The notes under the pieces were generated by a model, which saw only the letters and a program-made list of their open reading frames with translations, had not been told where the DNA came from and did not search any database. DNA of 64,000 bases from an uncultured Gemmatimonadales bacterium (GTDB taxonomy: Bacteria > Gemmatimonadota > Gemmatimonadetes > Gemmatimonadales > Gemmatimonadaceae): the NCBI GenBank assembly GCA_963850905.1, contig CAWKMU010000003.1, positions 2,176,001-2,240,000 of the forward strand, in the 5' to 3' direction. Positions 51,103 through 61,051 of this stretch are shown piece after piece. Numbering within the stretch: position 1 is the first letter of the stretch; each line of letters opens with the position of its first letter. Position numbers and translations under genes: made by a program.

Positions 51103-51144
51103 TCCCGCGGGATCGTGGCGCGACCAGATGACCGGGATGTCCCG

Positions 51145-51477
51145 ATGACCGCCCAGACACCAACCGCGGACCTCGCGCGCGCCACAAGCGGCGACGCCGG
51201 GCAGTGGCCCTTGTGGGAGGTGTTTTTGCAGCCACCCAAGGGGGCACCGTTCGAGCATGCAGGCAGCGTGCACGCGGTGGATGCGGAAAGCGCACTCCAA
51301 AACGCGCGCGATGTCTATGCGCGACGCGGAGAGGCGGTCAACATTTGGGTCGTACCGACTGCCGCGATCACCGCGTCTACACCCGAGGACGTGGGACCGT
51401 TCTTCGATCCCGGAAACGACAAGCCCTACCGGCATCCGCAGTTCTACTCGGCGCCGCGCGGCGTTCGCGTCTTCTGA
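51145..51477 (+). CDS. paaB: Phenylacetyl-CoA epoxidase subunit B
   Basis: WPLWEVF, HAGSVHA, ARDVYARR, DKPYRHPQFY. Confidence 0.92.
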   Translation: MTAQTPTADLARATSGDAGQWPLWEVFLQPPKGAPFEHAGSVHAVDAESALQNARDVYARRGEAVNIWVVPTAAITASTPEDVGPFFDPGNDKPYRHPQFYSAPRGVRVF

Positions 51478-52300
51478 CCCGGGCGCCGCTCTCGCCGTCC
51501 CCGGTGGTGCCTGCCCCGCGACCCACTGCGGAGTTGGAATCACCCACGAAGCAGGCCTTCGTCGAGTACCTCCTGCGGCTCGGGGACGACCGGTTGGTGC
51601 TGGGCCACCGGCTCTCGGAGTGGTGCGGGCACGCGCCCATTCTCGAAGAGGACATCGCGCTCGCCAACATCGCACTCGATCTTGATCGGGCAGGCGACCG
51701 CGATGCTCGAGCTGGCGGCGCAAATCGAAGGCGCTGGGCGCGACGCCGACGCACTGGCTTATCTGCGCGAGGCGATCGACTACCGCAACGTGCTTCTCGT
51801 CGAGCTGCCGCGTGGAGATTTCGCCTTCACGATGTGCGGCAGTTCCTGTTCAGCGTCGCGGCGTACTACCAGCTCGAAGGCCTCACCACGAGCCGCGATG
51901 CGACCTTGGCGGGCATTGCGGCAAAAGCGCTCAAGGAGACACGGTACCACGTCCGTCATGCGGGCGAGTGGGTGATCAAGCTGGGCGATGGCACCGAGGA
52001 GAGCCATGCGCGTGCACAGGCCGCACTGGACGCGCTCTGGCGGTTCACGGGTGAGCTGTTTCTCATGGACGACGTCGACGAGCGACTCGTGGCCGCCGGT
52101 CTCGCGGTGGATTTCAGCGCGCTCGAACGCTCGTGGCGCATGCAGGTCGGTGAGATCATCGACCGCGCGACGCTGACGATCCCGAGCACGCCGTACATGC
52201 AGCGCGGTGGGCGCGCTGGCCGGCACACCGAACATCTCGGTCATCATGCTTGAGCGAGATGCAAATCCTTCAGCGTTCGTATCCGGGAGCGAAATGGTGA
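51474..52300 (+). CDS. paaC: Phenylacetyl-CoA epoxidase subunit C (frameshifted; start uncertain)
   Basis: LGDDRLVLGHRLSEWCGHAPILEEDIALANIALD, KETRYH, HTEHLGH...EMQILQRSYPGAKW. Confidence 0.9.
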
Positions 52301-52334
52301 GCCACGACGTGGGGCATCAGTTCGGTGAGCCCGG

Positions 52335-52854
52335 ATGACGGCCTCGGCGCGCTCGACACCCGAGACGACGGCCGTGTGGGCGGTGCTCGACCGGGTGATG
52401 GATCCCGAAGTCCCTGTGTTGAGCGTGGTTGAGCTCGGCATCGTGCGGGATGTGGAGATCGGGCCGGACCGGACGGTCACCGTGTGTGTCACGCCGACCT
52501 ACTCCGGCTGCCCCGCGATGCGGGTAATCGAGCAAGACATCGTGTCGGCGCTCGCGGCCGCCGGTTGGGCGCGACGCCCGAATCCGGACTGTGTACGCGC
52601 CCGCGTGGACGACCGACTGGATGACCGAGGAAGCGCGCACAAAGCTCAGAGAGTACGGCATCGCGCCGCCGCCAGCTCGTCACGACGAGACCACGGAGTT
52701 GGTGCCGCTGCGGCGCACTCAGCGGCGCGTCCCATGTCCGTATTGCGGGTCTACCGCGACCACGAGCCGCAGCGAGTTCGGGTCGACTGCGTGCAAGGCA
52801 CTGATGTATTGCGACGAGTGCCGACAACCGTTCGAGTTGTTCAAAGCCCTGTGA
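52335..52854 (+). CDS. paaD: Phenylacetyl-CoA epoxidase subunit D (frameshift near 52575)
   Basis: DPEVPVLSVVELG, TPTYSGCPA, PAWTTDW, CPYCGS...FGSTACKALMYCDECRQPF. Confidence 0.9.
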
Positions 52855-55023
52855 CGCGGACGTCGCGGTCACCGGCGTCGCACCAGGCGGATCAGCCGGC
52901 TGTAGGCGGTACGGCTGTGCAGCCGGGTACGTCGCGCCACCACCTGAACAAACCGACATGGCGCGGCATCGCGTACCACGCTCTGGTCTCGCGGAAGCTG
53001 GATGACATCGAGGAGGAGACGAATCGCAATCAGGAACGTCGTGCCGCGTGAGCACCTCGTGCTCTACCAATTCTCGGCCCGAGGCCACGAGGTCGCACAG
53101 GCCATCCTGGGGTCATTGCTCGACCACCCCCACGATGCGGTTGGTGCGTACTATCGCTCGCGACCAGTCCTGTTGTCTCTCGGCCTCTCGATCGAGGACG
53201 CGCTCGCCAGTCCGCTGGGACGGAGCGGTGGCTTCAGCGACGGCAGAGACATCGGCGTCGTCTGCAATTTTCCCAACCCGAGCGGTCCGATCGTACTACC
53301 GATGTCAGGCGATGTCGGGTCGCAGTACACACCGGTCGCCGGTTGGGCCCAAGCTATCGAGTACCATCGCGGAGTGCTCGAGGACGCGAGCTACACAGGA
53401 TCAATCGCCGTCGCGCTCGGTGGCGAGGCGTCGGTGGCTACGAACGGATTCTGGTCGGCGCTCACGATGGCGACGACGCTCCGCCTCCCGATGCTCTTCT
53501 ACATCGAGGACAATGGGCTTGGCATTTCGGTGCGGCGCGAAATGCAAACCCCGGGTGGGAACATCGCCGACAACCTGGCGTCCTTCGGCAATCTGCTCGT
53601 ACGTGACGGCGACGGGACGGACCCCGTTGCATCGTCGCGGCTCCTCGAGGAGGTCGTTCGTCACGTGCGCTCAGGACTCGGTCCTGCCCTGATTCACCTG
53701 ACCGTCCCGCGCCTGGCAAGCCACTCGGGACCGGACAACCAGAAAGGCTACCGGAGCGAGGCCGAGATCGCCGCCGACTGGTTGCGCGACCCGTTGCCGA
53801 AGCTGCGGAGCACCTTGGTACCTGCCGTGCTGAGTGAACGGGACTGGACGGCGCTAGAGCAGGAGGTTGCGCGCGACGTCGAGGCTGCGCTCGCGGCCGC
53901 CCGCGCACGGGGAGTGCCGCAGGCGGAGACGGTGAAGCGGTTCATTTACGCGGAGACGCCTCAGCCCGATGACCCTGCGACCGTCGGCGGACTATCCGAC
54001 CTCGAGCTCGCATCGCTCAATGGGACGACCGTCGCGGATGCAGCGGGGCCAATCGTGCGGTTTCCCGAAGCAATCCGGCGAACGATTGCGCACGAGCTGA
54101 CGCGCAATCCGAAGGTGCTCGTGTTTGGGGAGGACGTCGGCGTCAAGGGTGGCGTGCACCTCGTGACTGAAGGTCTGCAGAAACAGTTCGGTGTATCACG
54201 AGTGTTCGACACGAGCCTGTCCGAGGAAGGCATTGTCGGCCGGGCCGTTGGCATGGCCATTTCTGGGCTCATGCCGGTAACAGAAATCCAATTCCGGAAA
54301 TACGCCGACCCCGCGACCGAGCAGCTGAACAACTGCGGCACCATGCGATGGCGTACCCACAACCAGTTCGCCTCACCCATCGTCGTGCGCATGCCGGGCG
54401 GCTTTGGCAAGGACGTGGGCGATCCCTGGCATTCGCTGAGCAGCGAGGTCACCTGGGCGCACGCGATCGGCTGGCAGGTGCTGGTTCCATCGAATGCTGC
54501 AGATGCGGCGGGGTTGCTGAGGTCGGCAATGAGGAGCAGAAACCCGAGCATCTTCTTCGAGCACCGGTCGCTGCTCATGACGAGCGACGGGAGCGCTCGC
54601 TATCCGGGCGATGAGTACCTCGTTCCCATTGGACGGGCCCGGCGAGTCCGTGCAGGCTCGGATCTCACGCTGGTCACGTGGGGTGCGATGCTGCATCGAT
54701 GCGCCAGCGCGGCGGAGCACTTTGGCGATCGGGTCGACCTCCTCGACCTGCGGACGATCGCGCCGTGGGATCGAGAGGTCGTGCTCGACAGTGTGCGGCG
54801 CACTGGTCGCTGCCTGATCGTGCACGAAGACACGCTGACGGCAGGGTTCGGTGCCGAAATCGCTGCCGTCGTGGCCCAGGAGGCGTTCTGGTGGCTCGAC
54901 ACGCCTGTCGAACGGATCGCTGTCGAAGACGTGCCGATGCCATATCACGAAGTGTTGTTGGGTGCGGTGCTTCCCAGTGCAGAGCGCATCGCAGCCGCCG
55001 TCGAACGCATGCTTTCCGGCTGA
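52851..55023 (+). CDS. Fused 2-oxoacid dehydrogenase E1 alpha/beta subunit (frameshift near 53030)
   Basis: SRKLDDIEE, YQFSARGHE, ThDP-type GGEAS...IEDN, GEDVG, FDTSLSE, EIQF, FFEH, DLRTIAPWD. Confidence 0.88.
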
Positions 55024-55029
55024 CAACCC

Positions 55030-55845
55030 ATGATGACCCGCCCACAGGTGAACCCCGCGAGTCCGACCGTGACGGACGAGGGCTCGGTCCGAGTCGAGAC
55101 CGCCCGCGGAATCGCGACGATCGAATTCGGCCATCCCAAGGGCAACTCGCTGCCGGCCGGGTTGCTCGCGGCAATGACATCGACGCTGGACGCCGTGGCC
55201 GCCGATCCCGCTTCACGAGTCGTCGTACTTCGGAGCCGCGAGCCAGGGCCGTTCTGTGCGGGGGCCTCGTTCGATGAGTTGCGCCGGATCGAAGACCGCG
55301 CTGCCGGTGTCGAGTTCTTCATGGGCTTCGCGCGACTCATTCTGGCGATTCGGCGATGTCCCAAGTTCGTCATCGCCCGGGTGCACGGGAAGGCCGTCGG
55401 AGGCGGCATCGGCATCATTGCGGCTGCGGACTACGCGATTGCGGCGCCTGCGGCGGCCATCCGCCTGAGCGAGTTGGCGGTCGGCATTGGGCCCTTCGTT
55501 GTGGGACCAGCGATTGAGCGGAAGATCGGACACGGCGCCTTCCAGGCGCTGGCGATCGACGCCGCCACCTGGCGCGACGCGGCGTGGGCCGAGCGACATG
55601 CGTTGTTCGCTCAGGTGGTCGGCGACACGGTGTCGCTCGATGCGGCGGTCGAGGTCCTCGCCGGTCGCCTGGCCAACTCGAGCGGGGAGGCGATGGCGCG
55701 TCTCAAGCGCATCTTTTGGGAAGGTACGGAGCACTGGGAGACACTCCTCCACCAACGTGCCGCGTTGAGCGGTGAGCTGGTGCTGTCGGAGGCCAGTCGT
55801 CACGCCATCGCGGCGTTCGCGGCGCGAGATCGAGGGGGGCAATAA
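55030..55845 (+). CDS. Enoyl-CoA hydratase/isomerase family protein (methylglutaconyl-CoA hydratase-like)
   Basis: FCAGASFDEL, GKAVGGGIG, LSELAVGIGPFVV. Confidence 0.85.
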   Translation: MMTRPQVNPASPTVTDEGSVRVETARGIATIEFGHPKGNSLPAGLLAAMTSTLDAVAADPASRVVVLRSREPGPFCAGASFDELRRIEDRAAGVEFFMGFARLILAIRRCPKFVIARVHGKAVGGGIGIIAAADYAIAAPAAAIRLSELAVGIGPFVVGPAIERKIGHGAFQALAIDAATWRDAAWAERHALFAQVVGDTVSLDAAVEVLAGRLANSSGEAMARLKRIFWEGTEHWETLLHQRAALSGELVLSEASRHAIAAFAARDRGGQ

Positions 55846-55850
55846 GGAGC

Positions 55851-56096
55851 GGGTCTGGGGTTTGGGGTCTAGGGTTTAGGGTTTAGGGGACTACAACCCG
55901 CAACGACAACGCAACTACGGGCGGGCTGAAGCCCGCCCCTACATGTCGGCGTGGAAGGCGAGTGATCGGGATGGCCTCCCGCATTCGCGTGGGCAGGTCG
56001 ACGAATCCGACGAAATCGCCGCCCGCAGCGACATGTAGGGGCGGGCTTCAGCCCGCCCCGTAGTTGTCCGACCCCAAACCCCCAGACCCCAAACCC
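55851..56096. repeat. Composite element: inverted GTAG-type REP pair flanked by inverted GGGTYTR heptamer arrays
   Basis: The inverted repeats at 55912-55948 and 56029-56066 differ by one G and each contains GTAGGGGCGGGCTTCAGCCCGCCC or its complement. Heptamer arrays lie at 55851-55889 and 56071-56096. Confidence 0.85.
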
Positions 56097-56101
56097 GCAG
56101 T

Positions 56102-57028
56102 TCAATCCCAAATATTCCGCACCACAAACCAGACATTCGCCGGCCGCTCAGCAAGCCGGCGCATGTACCACGGGAACCAGTGCGTCCCGTAGCTGATCAG
56201 CACGCGCGTGACAGTGCCCGCGTCTGTGAGGCGGCGAAGCTCGGCCGACTTGATTCCGTAGAGCATGTGAATCTCAAATCCGTTCGCGGGTAGGCTGAGA
56301 GCGGCCGCTCGGGCGCGTACGTGCTCTACCAATTTCAGATCGTGGGTGCCAAACGCCGGGGCGGGGCCGCCGGCCGCTCGTTGAGCGAGTAATCGCTCGG
56401 ACAGGGTCGCGTATGCCGTGTCCACGTCAGACTTCTTGGGCAAGGCGACCGACGGCGGCTCACGGTACGCACCTTTGACGAGACGAATCGCCGGTGACAA
56501 CGGCGCAAGCGCGTCGAGATCTGCTGGCGTCCGGTGCAAATAGGCCTGGAGGCACACACCGACCTTGGCGTGGGCGGCACGGACACGGCGAAAGAGCGCG
56601 AGTGTCGCGTCGACGTACTCCGATTCCTCCATATCGATCCAGAGAAACGTTCCAGCCGCGGCCGCTGCGCCAGCGAGCGCATCGACGCTTCGCGCGCATG
56701 CCTCCGGGTCGAGCGTGAGCCCAAGGTGCGTCAGTTTCACCGAGACGTGGGCGGGTAGCGCTCGCGTCCGGATCGCGTCGATGACGCCGCGGTAGTGCTG
56801 CTCCACGGCCGCCGCCTCGCCAGCGCTCGTTACACGCTCGCCCAGATTCGTGAGTACCGTGCCAATGTGGCTTTGCCCGAGCGTCGCGGCGGCACCGAGC
56901 GCGGCATCCAACTCCTCGCCCGGCATGAACCGCTGCACAGCGCGGCGTGTGAAGGCGCGGCGTCGCACCTGGTCAGCGAGCCAGGGGCTGCGGGATGCAC
57001 GAAGCAAGAGCGATCGACTGAGTGACAT
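56102..57028 (-). CDS. Monofunctional proline dehydrogenase
   Basis: RFMPGE, SVKLTHLG, IDMEE, QAYLHRT, RLVKGAY, GTHD, WYMRRLAERPAN. Confidence 0.92.
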   Translation of the reverse strand: MSLSRSLLLRASRSPWLADQVRRRAFTRRAVQRFMPGEELDAALGAAATLGQSHIGTVLTNLGERVTSAGEAAAVEQHYRGVIDAIRTRALPAHVSVKLTHLGLTLDPEACARSVDALAGAAAAAGTFLWIDMEESEYVDATLALFRRVRAAHAKVGVCLQAYLHRTPADLDALAPLSPAIRLVKGAYREPPSVALPKKSDVDTAYATLSERLLAQRAAGGPAPAFGTHDLKLVEHVRARAAALSLPANGFEIHMLYGIKSAELRRLTDAGTVTRVLISYGTHWFPWYMRRLAERPANVWFVVRNIWD

Positions 57029-57351
57029 GCGGGCGGTCCTGGCTCGAAACGAGGGTGGAGGCGGCTGAGTGCGCGTCGGCGCTGGGCAGGCGGTCGCTAC
57101 TACATACCACCCGACGGCGCCGGGCGCGACCGTGGGCACGGTCTGAGAAACAAATGATGGGTACCGGTCGTGAGCGCTGCAGTCCCCGGTCGGAACGCGC
57201 ATGCCGCCGGACGAGACCGGTGGGGCCGACTGGCCGCGAGGCGGCCGAGCCGAGGGTGGACCTGGGACTCGCGAGACGTCATGTTATGGTAACGAACGAG
57301 CAACCGCCGCCTGTATGGCCATGGCCGAACGCCCCACCGAAGGAGGATGGC

Positions 57352-57690
57352 ATGCGGTACATCGAGCGTGTCGTGTGGAAGCCGCTGGACCGGTACACCG
57401 AATCCGCCGATACACACACGGAAGGCGCGCGGGCGAAGCCTCACGGTCTCGTTGTCGATTTGGGCGACGGCCGAATGCTCATGGCTGGTGCACCGTTTAA
57501 GGGTTCCTCCGTCACGATCGGCGTTACCGGCGGGTTGCGAATCAGTATCCCCGCCGAGAAGGCGGAAGACGTGGCTGAAGCGATTCTGTACGCCCACCGT
57601 TGCGCGTGCGACCATGAGTATGCTCCACCCGGTCTCGTGATGCCCGCGAGTGAAATGCGGGACGGAGTGAGCGCGACGGCGCGATCGTAG
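57352..57690 (+). CDS. Hypothetical protein (112 aa)
   Basis: Strong RBS AAGGAGG before ATG 57352; protein-like composition; no family recognised. Confidence 0.6.
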   Translation: MRYIERVVWKPLDRYTESADTHTEGARAKPHGLVVDLGDGRMLMAGAPFKGSSVTIGVTGGLRISIPAEKAEDVAEAILYAHRCACDHEYAPPGLVMPASEMRDGVSATARS

Positions 57691-57736
57691 GGCGACCGGT
57701 AGGCGTATGTACCGGTGCATCATGACCGGCCTTGCA

Positions 57737-57814
57737 CCGGTAGGGGCGACGCATCGCGTCGCCCGTTGTTGTAGCCCGTTGTTCCGGTAGGGGCGACGCA
57801 TGGCGTCGCCCGTT
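57737..57814. repeat. Two direct-repeat GTAG-type REP elements
   Basis: CCGGTAGGGGCGACGCAT(C/G)GCGTCGCCCGTT at 57737-57767 and 57784-57814. Confidence 0.85.
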
Positions 57815-60800
57815 ATCGGGTGTCAATGGTTGGCAATCCCGATTCCTTCAACTGCGCGTTGGTCACTGTTGCGGCCTTTTTGAGCTGCGCCCAACGATCG
57901 AGCGCACTGCCCAGGGCAGTCTGGAGATCGCGCCAGGCGGTCCACGCCTGAGTCGTCGGCGCCGCGTCGGCGCCCTCGACGACAGTGAAGAGTGTTGCCA
58001 GCTGTCCGTTGAGCAAGGGAAGCGTGGGCCGCCCACCCCGCCGGGGCGGGGGGCCCTCTTCCTCGTCAGCGCTGTCGGGGCCGGTCAACTCTGCCGCTTG
58101 GCGATCCAGTGAATCGAGCGCAGCAGACACCTTGGCGTCGGTCGTCCGAGCGGCCAGCGCGTGGAGTTGGCTGCGTAGCGCTCGGGCGTGCCGGAGTGCG
58201 GTCATGTTATCGGTCGCGCCCCGAGCGATGTCGCTCGCCAGGTCGAATTGCTCCTGTAGTCCTTGATCCGAGGTCGTCACCCGCGGATCTATCTTGAGCC
58301 GTAGCGGCTGGACGACGGTCTGGCCGTCGGCGATCAATCGCACCTGGTAGAGGCCGGGCAACCGGAGGACGCCAAGCGGCTCCAGCGGCGTATCGTGCAC
58401 GATCGCGGAAATCGGGAAGTCTCGGCGGACGACATCAATGGGTGCCGATCGTTGATCCCACAGCCAACGATGCATCCCTGGCGTGTTCGGCAGCGTGCGA
58501 GGTGCTCGGGCCCAGTACATAGGAACCCTGAAGCGCGTCGGGTCAATCGAGTCGGCTGGAGTGTCACTGCTGTATCGCCGGACGAGTCGGCTCTGTTGAT
58601 CGAGGATCTCGATGGTCACCCGGCCGCTCGTCCCCTGCGGCAGCGCGTAGTCGATGATCGCGCCATCTGGGGGATTCTTCCCCGCCGGCTCCTCCGGGGG
58701 CAGTGGCGTGTCGGTCCACGTATCACGCCGCATGCGGTACGAGTCCTGGGGACGGAACAACGTCACCTCGGCTGCCGTACGTGGTGTCACCTGGCGCAGC
58801 GGCGTGACGTCGTCCAGAATCCAGAACGAGCGGCCGTGGGTGCCGACCACGATGTCATCGTGATGGATGACGAGATCCCGAATTGACGTCGCTGGCATGT
58901 TGAGCCGCAGCGATTGCCAGTGGTCGCCATCGTCGAACGAGACGTACACTTGTCGCTCCGTTCCGGCGTACAACAGCCCCTGCCGGACTGGATCCTCTCG
59001 AACCGTGTTGACAGCACCTTCGTTCGCGGGGATTCCGGTCGTGATCTCCGTCCATGTCTTGCCGCGATCGTGCGTCCGATAGATGTGTGGCCGGAGATCG
59101 TCAAGCCGGAAGGCGTTGACCGCCGCATAGACGGTGTTGTCGTCGAAGTGCGACGCGTCGAGTTGAGCGACCTTCATCCACGGTGTGAGGGCTTTGGGCG
59201 TGATGTCGGTCCAGTGCAGACCGCCGTCCCGTGTCATCTGGATGAGTCCGTCGTCGGTGCCAGCCCAGATCGTATTCACATTCCGACGCGACGGCGCGAC
59301 GGCGTAGATCACCCCGCCGTGGTGCGCGAGCGCCGCGGGTTGGGTGCTGTACACACCGACGCTCGACGGGACGGTTGAATCGGTCGTCCGCGTCAGATCC
59401 GGACTGATCACGGTCCAGCTGTGTCCGCCGCTCGTGGTCTTGAACAGCACGTTGCCAGCCAGATACAGGACGTGTGGGTCGACCTCTGAGAACAGGATCG
59501 GCATCGTGCGCACGAATCGATACCGTCCGGTCCGCAATGGATCCGGGCTGACGTTTTGCGTCTGGTGCGTCGTCCAGTCGAATCGCGTCGCCTTGCCGCC
59601 GAAGACGATGTTCGTATCGAGCGGGTCGGGTGCTACGTACCCATACTCCTCGACCCCGACGGGGTGCCAGTCGCGGAATGTGATCGCGCCGTCGTCGCCG
59701 CGGCTCGCGATGCCGACCGATCCCGATTCCTGTTGACCCCCATAAACCCAGTAGGGGAAGCGATTGTCGGTGCTGACATGATAGAGTTGCGCGGTCGGCT
59801 GGTTGTACCACGAGCTCCACGTCCGGCCGCCGTTTACCGTGATGGTCGCGCCCTGATCGACGGCGAGCAGGATGATCTGCGGGTTCTCGGGATTGATCCA
59901 GATCGTATGGTAGTCGTCTCCCCCCGGCGCACCCTTCCATGCGACGAACGTGCTGCCTGCATCGGTCGACTTGTACGCTGACGTATTCGCGACGTAGAGG
60001 ATGTCAGGATTCCTGGGATCGACCTGCACGTTCGCGAAATCCGAGCCGCGCCCTGACACCCGCCCTTCCGCGTTGACTCGTCGCCAGCTTTCGCCTGCAT
60101 CGTCCGATCGATAGAGCCCAGTGTGAAAGCCCGCGTCGACCAGCGCGTACATTCGGCGGGCGTCACTCGGGGCAATGGCGATGCCGATGCGACCCAGTCC
60201 CTCGGCCGTCGATGGAAGGCCTGACGTCAGCTGACGCCAGGTGGTGCCTCCATCGCTCGATTTGAAGAGTCCCGAATTGGGACCTTGAAACGCGCCGTTT
60301 TCCCAGGGTGCCTGCCGGGCGGCCCACAGCGTCGCGTAAATCGTCTGCGCATTCGTCGGGTCGAACGCAAGCGCGATCGCGCCCGTATTCTCGTCCTTGT
60401 AGAGGACCTTGTCCCAGCTCTGCCCGCCGTTGAGCGAACGATAGACGCCCCGCTCGGCATTGGGGCCATAGGGGTGTCCGAGCACCGCCACGAACACGCG
60501 ATTGGGATCATGCGGGTCGACGAGAATCGCTCCGATCTGCTGTGCATCGGACAGCCCCAGGTGCGTCCAGGTTTTGCCCGCATCCGAGGACCGAAACAGA
60601 CCGTCGCCGGTGGAGAGGTCCGGACGCTGCAGCCCTTCGCCGCTACCGACGTAGATGATGTTCGGATCGGACGGCGCGATGGTCACCGCACCGACCGACC
60701 CGGTAGGCTCATCGTCGAAGATCGGCGTCCAGGTCCTGCCGGCGTCATCGGTCTTCCACACGCCGCCGTTGTTGACGCCAATGTAGAACACGTTGGGTGC

Positions 60801-60965
60801 GCTCGGCACGCCGGCTGCACCAACGGTGCGTCCGCCGCGATACGGCCCGATCATGCGCCAATGCATGTCGGCAAAAAGCGACGGACTGTACTGTTGAGCG
60901 GGGATTGACTGCGCGGCGAGCAGCCACAATGCGCTCACCGCGCACGACAGAATCACCTTCGACAT
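57813..60965 (-). CDS. Exported BNR/Asp-box repeat glycosyl hydrolase-like protein (VPS10/sortilin-type propeller)
   Basis: WRMIGPYRGGR, many SxDxGxTW boxes, NQPTAQLYHV, VGTHGRSFWILDD. Confidence 0.88.
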   Translation of the reverse strand: MSKVILSCAVSALWLLAAQSIPAQQYSPSLFADMHWRMIGPYRGGRTVGAAGVPSAPNVFYIGVNNGGVWKTDDAGRTWTPIFDDEPTGSVGAVTIAPSDPNIIYVGSGEGLQRPDLSTGDGLFRSSDAGKTWTHLGLSDAQQIGAILVDPHDPNRVFVAVLGHPYGPNAERGVYRSLNGGQSWDKVLYKDENTGAIALAFDPTNAQTIYATLWAARQAPWENGAFQGPNSGLFKSSDGGTTWRQLTSGLPSTAEGLGRIGIAIAPSDARRMYALVDAGFHTGLYRSDDAGESWRRVNAEGRVSGRGSDFANVQVDPRNPDILYVANTSAYKSTDAGSTFVAWKGAPGGDDYHTIWINPENPQIILLAVDQGATITVNGGRTWSSWYNQPTAQLYHVSTDNRFPYWVYGGQQESGSVGIASRGDDGAITFRDWHPVGVEEYGYVAPDPLDTNIVFGGKATRFDWTTHQTQNVSPDPLRTGRYRFVRTMPILFSEVDPHVLYLAGNVLFKTTSGGHSWTVISPDLTRTTDSTVPSSVGVYSTQPAALAHHGGVIYAVAPSRRNVNTIWAGTDDGLIQMTRDGGLHWTDITPKALTPWMKVAQLDASHFDDNTVYAAVNAFRLDDLRPHIYRTHDRGKTWTEITTGIPANEGAVNTVREDPVRQGLLYAGTERQVYVSFDDGDHWQSLRLNMPATSIRDLVIHHDDIVVGTHGRSFWILDDVTPLRQVTPRTAAEVTLFRPQDSYRMRRDTWTDTPLPPEEPAGKNPPDGAIIDYALPQGTSGRVTIEILDQQSRLVRRYSSDTPADSIDPTRFRVPMYWARAPRTLPNTPGMHRWLWDQRSAPIDVVRRDFPISAIVHDTPLEPLGVLRLPGLYQVRLIADGQTVVQPLRLKIDPRVTTSDQGLQEQFDLASDIARGATDNMTALRHARALRSQLHALAARTTDAKVSAALDSLDRQAAELTGPDSADEEEGPPPRRGGRPTLPLLNGQLATLFTVVEGADAAPTTQAWTAWRDLQTALGSALDRWAQLKKAATVTNAQLKESGLPTIDTR

Positions 60966-61051
60966 GAGACGCGATCTCCGTGGGGGCAGTCGGCGGAGAA
61001 AATGCGCCGACGGACGGGCCCGCCGCAACAACGGCTATCCAGCGAGGAGCA

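Noticed and set aside
55851..55889. Eukaryotic (plant) telomere contamination or a linear chromosome end
   Set aside because: Only two exact TTTAGGG units, embedded between intact bacterial genes and mirrored by an inverted degenerate array.
57737..57814. Mini CRISPR array
   Set aside because: Only two repeats with a 16-nt spacer, a GTAG-plus-palindrome REP structure, and no cas genes.
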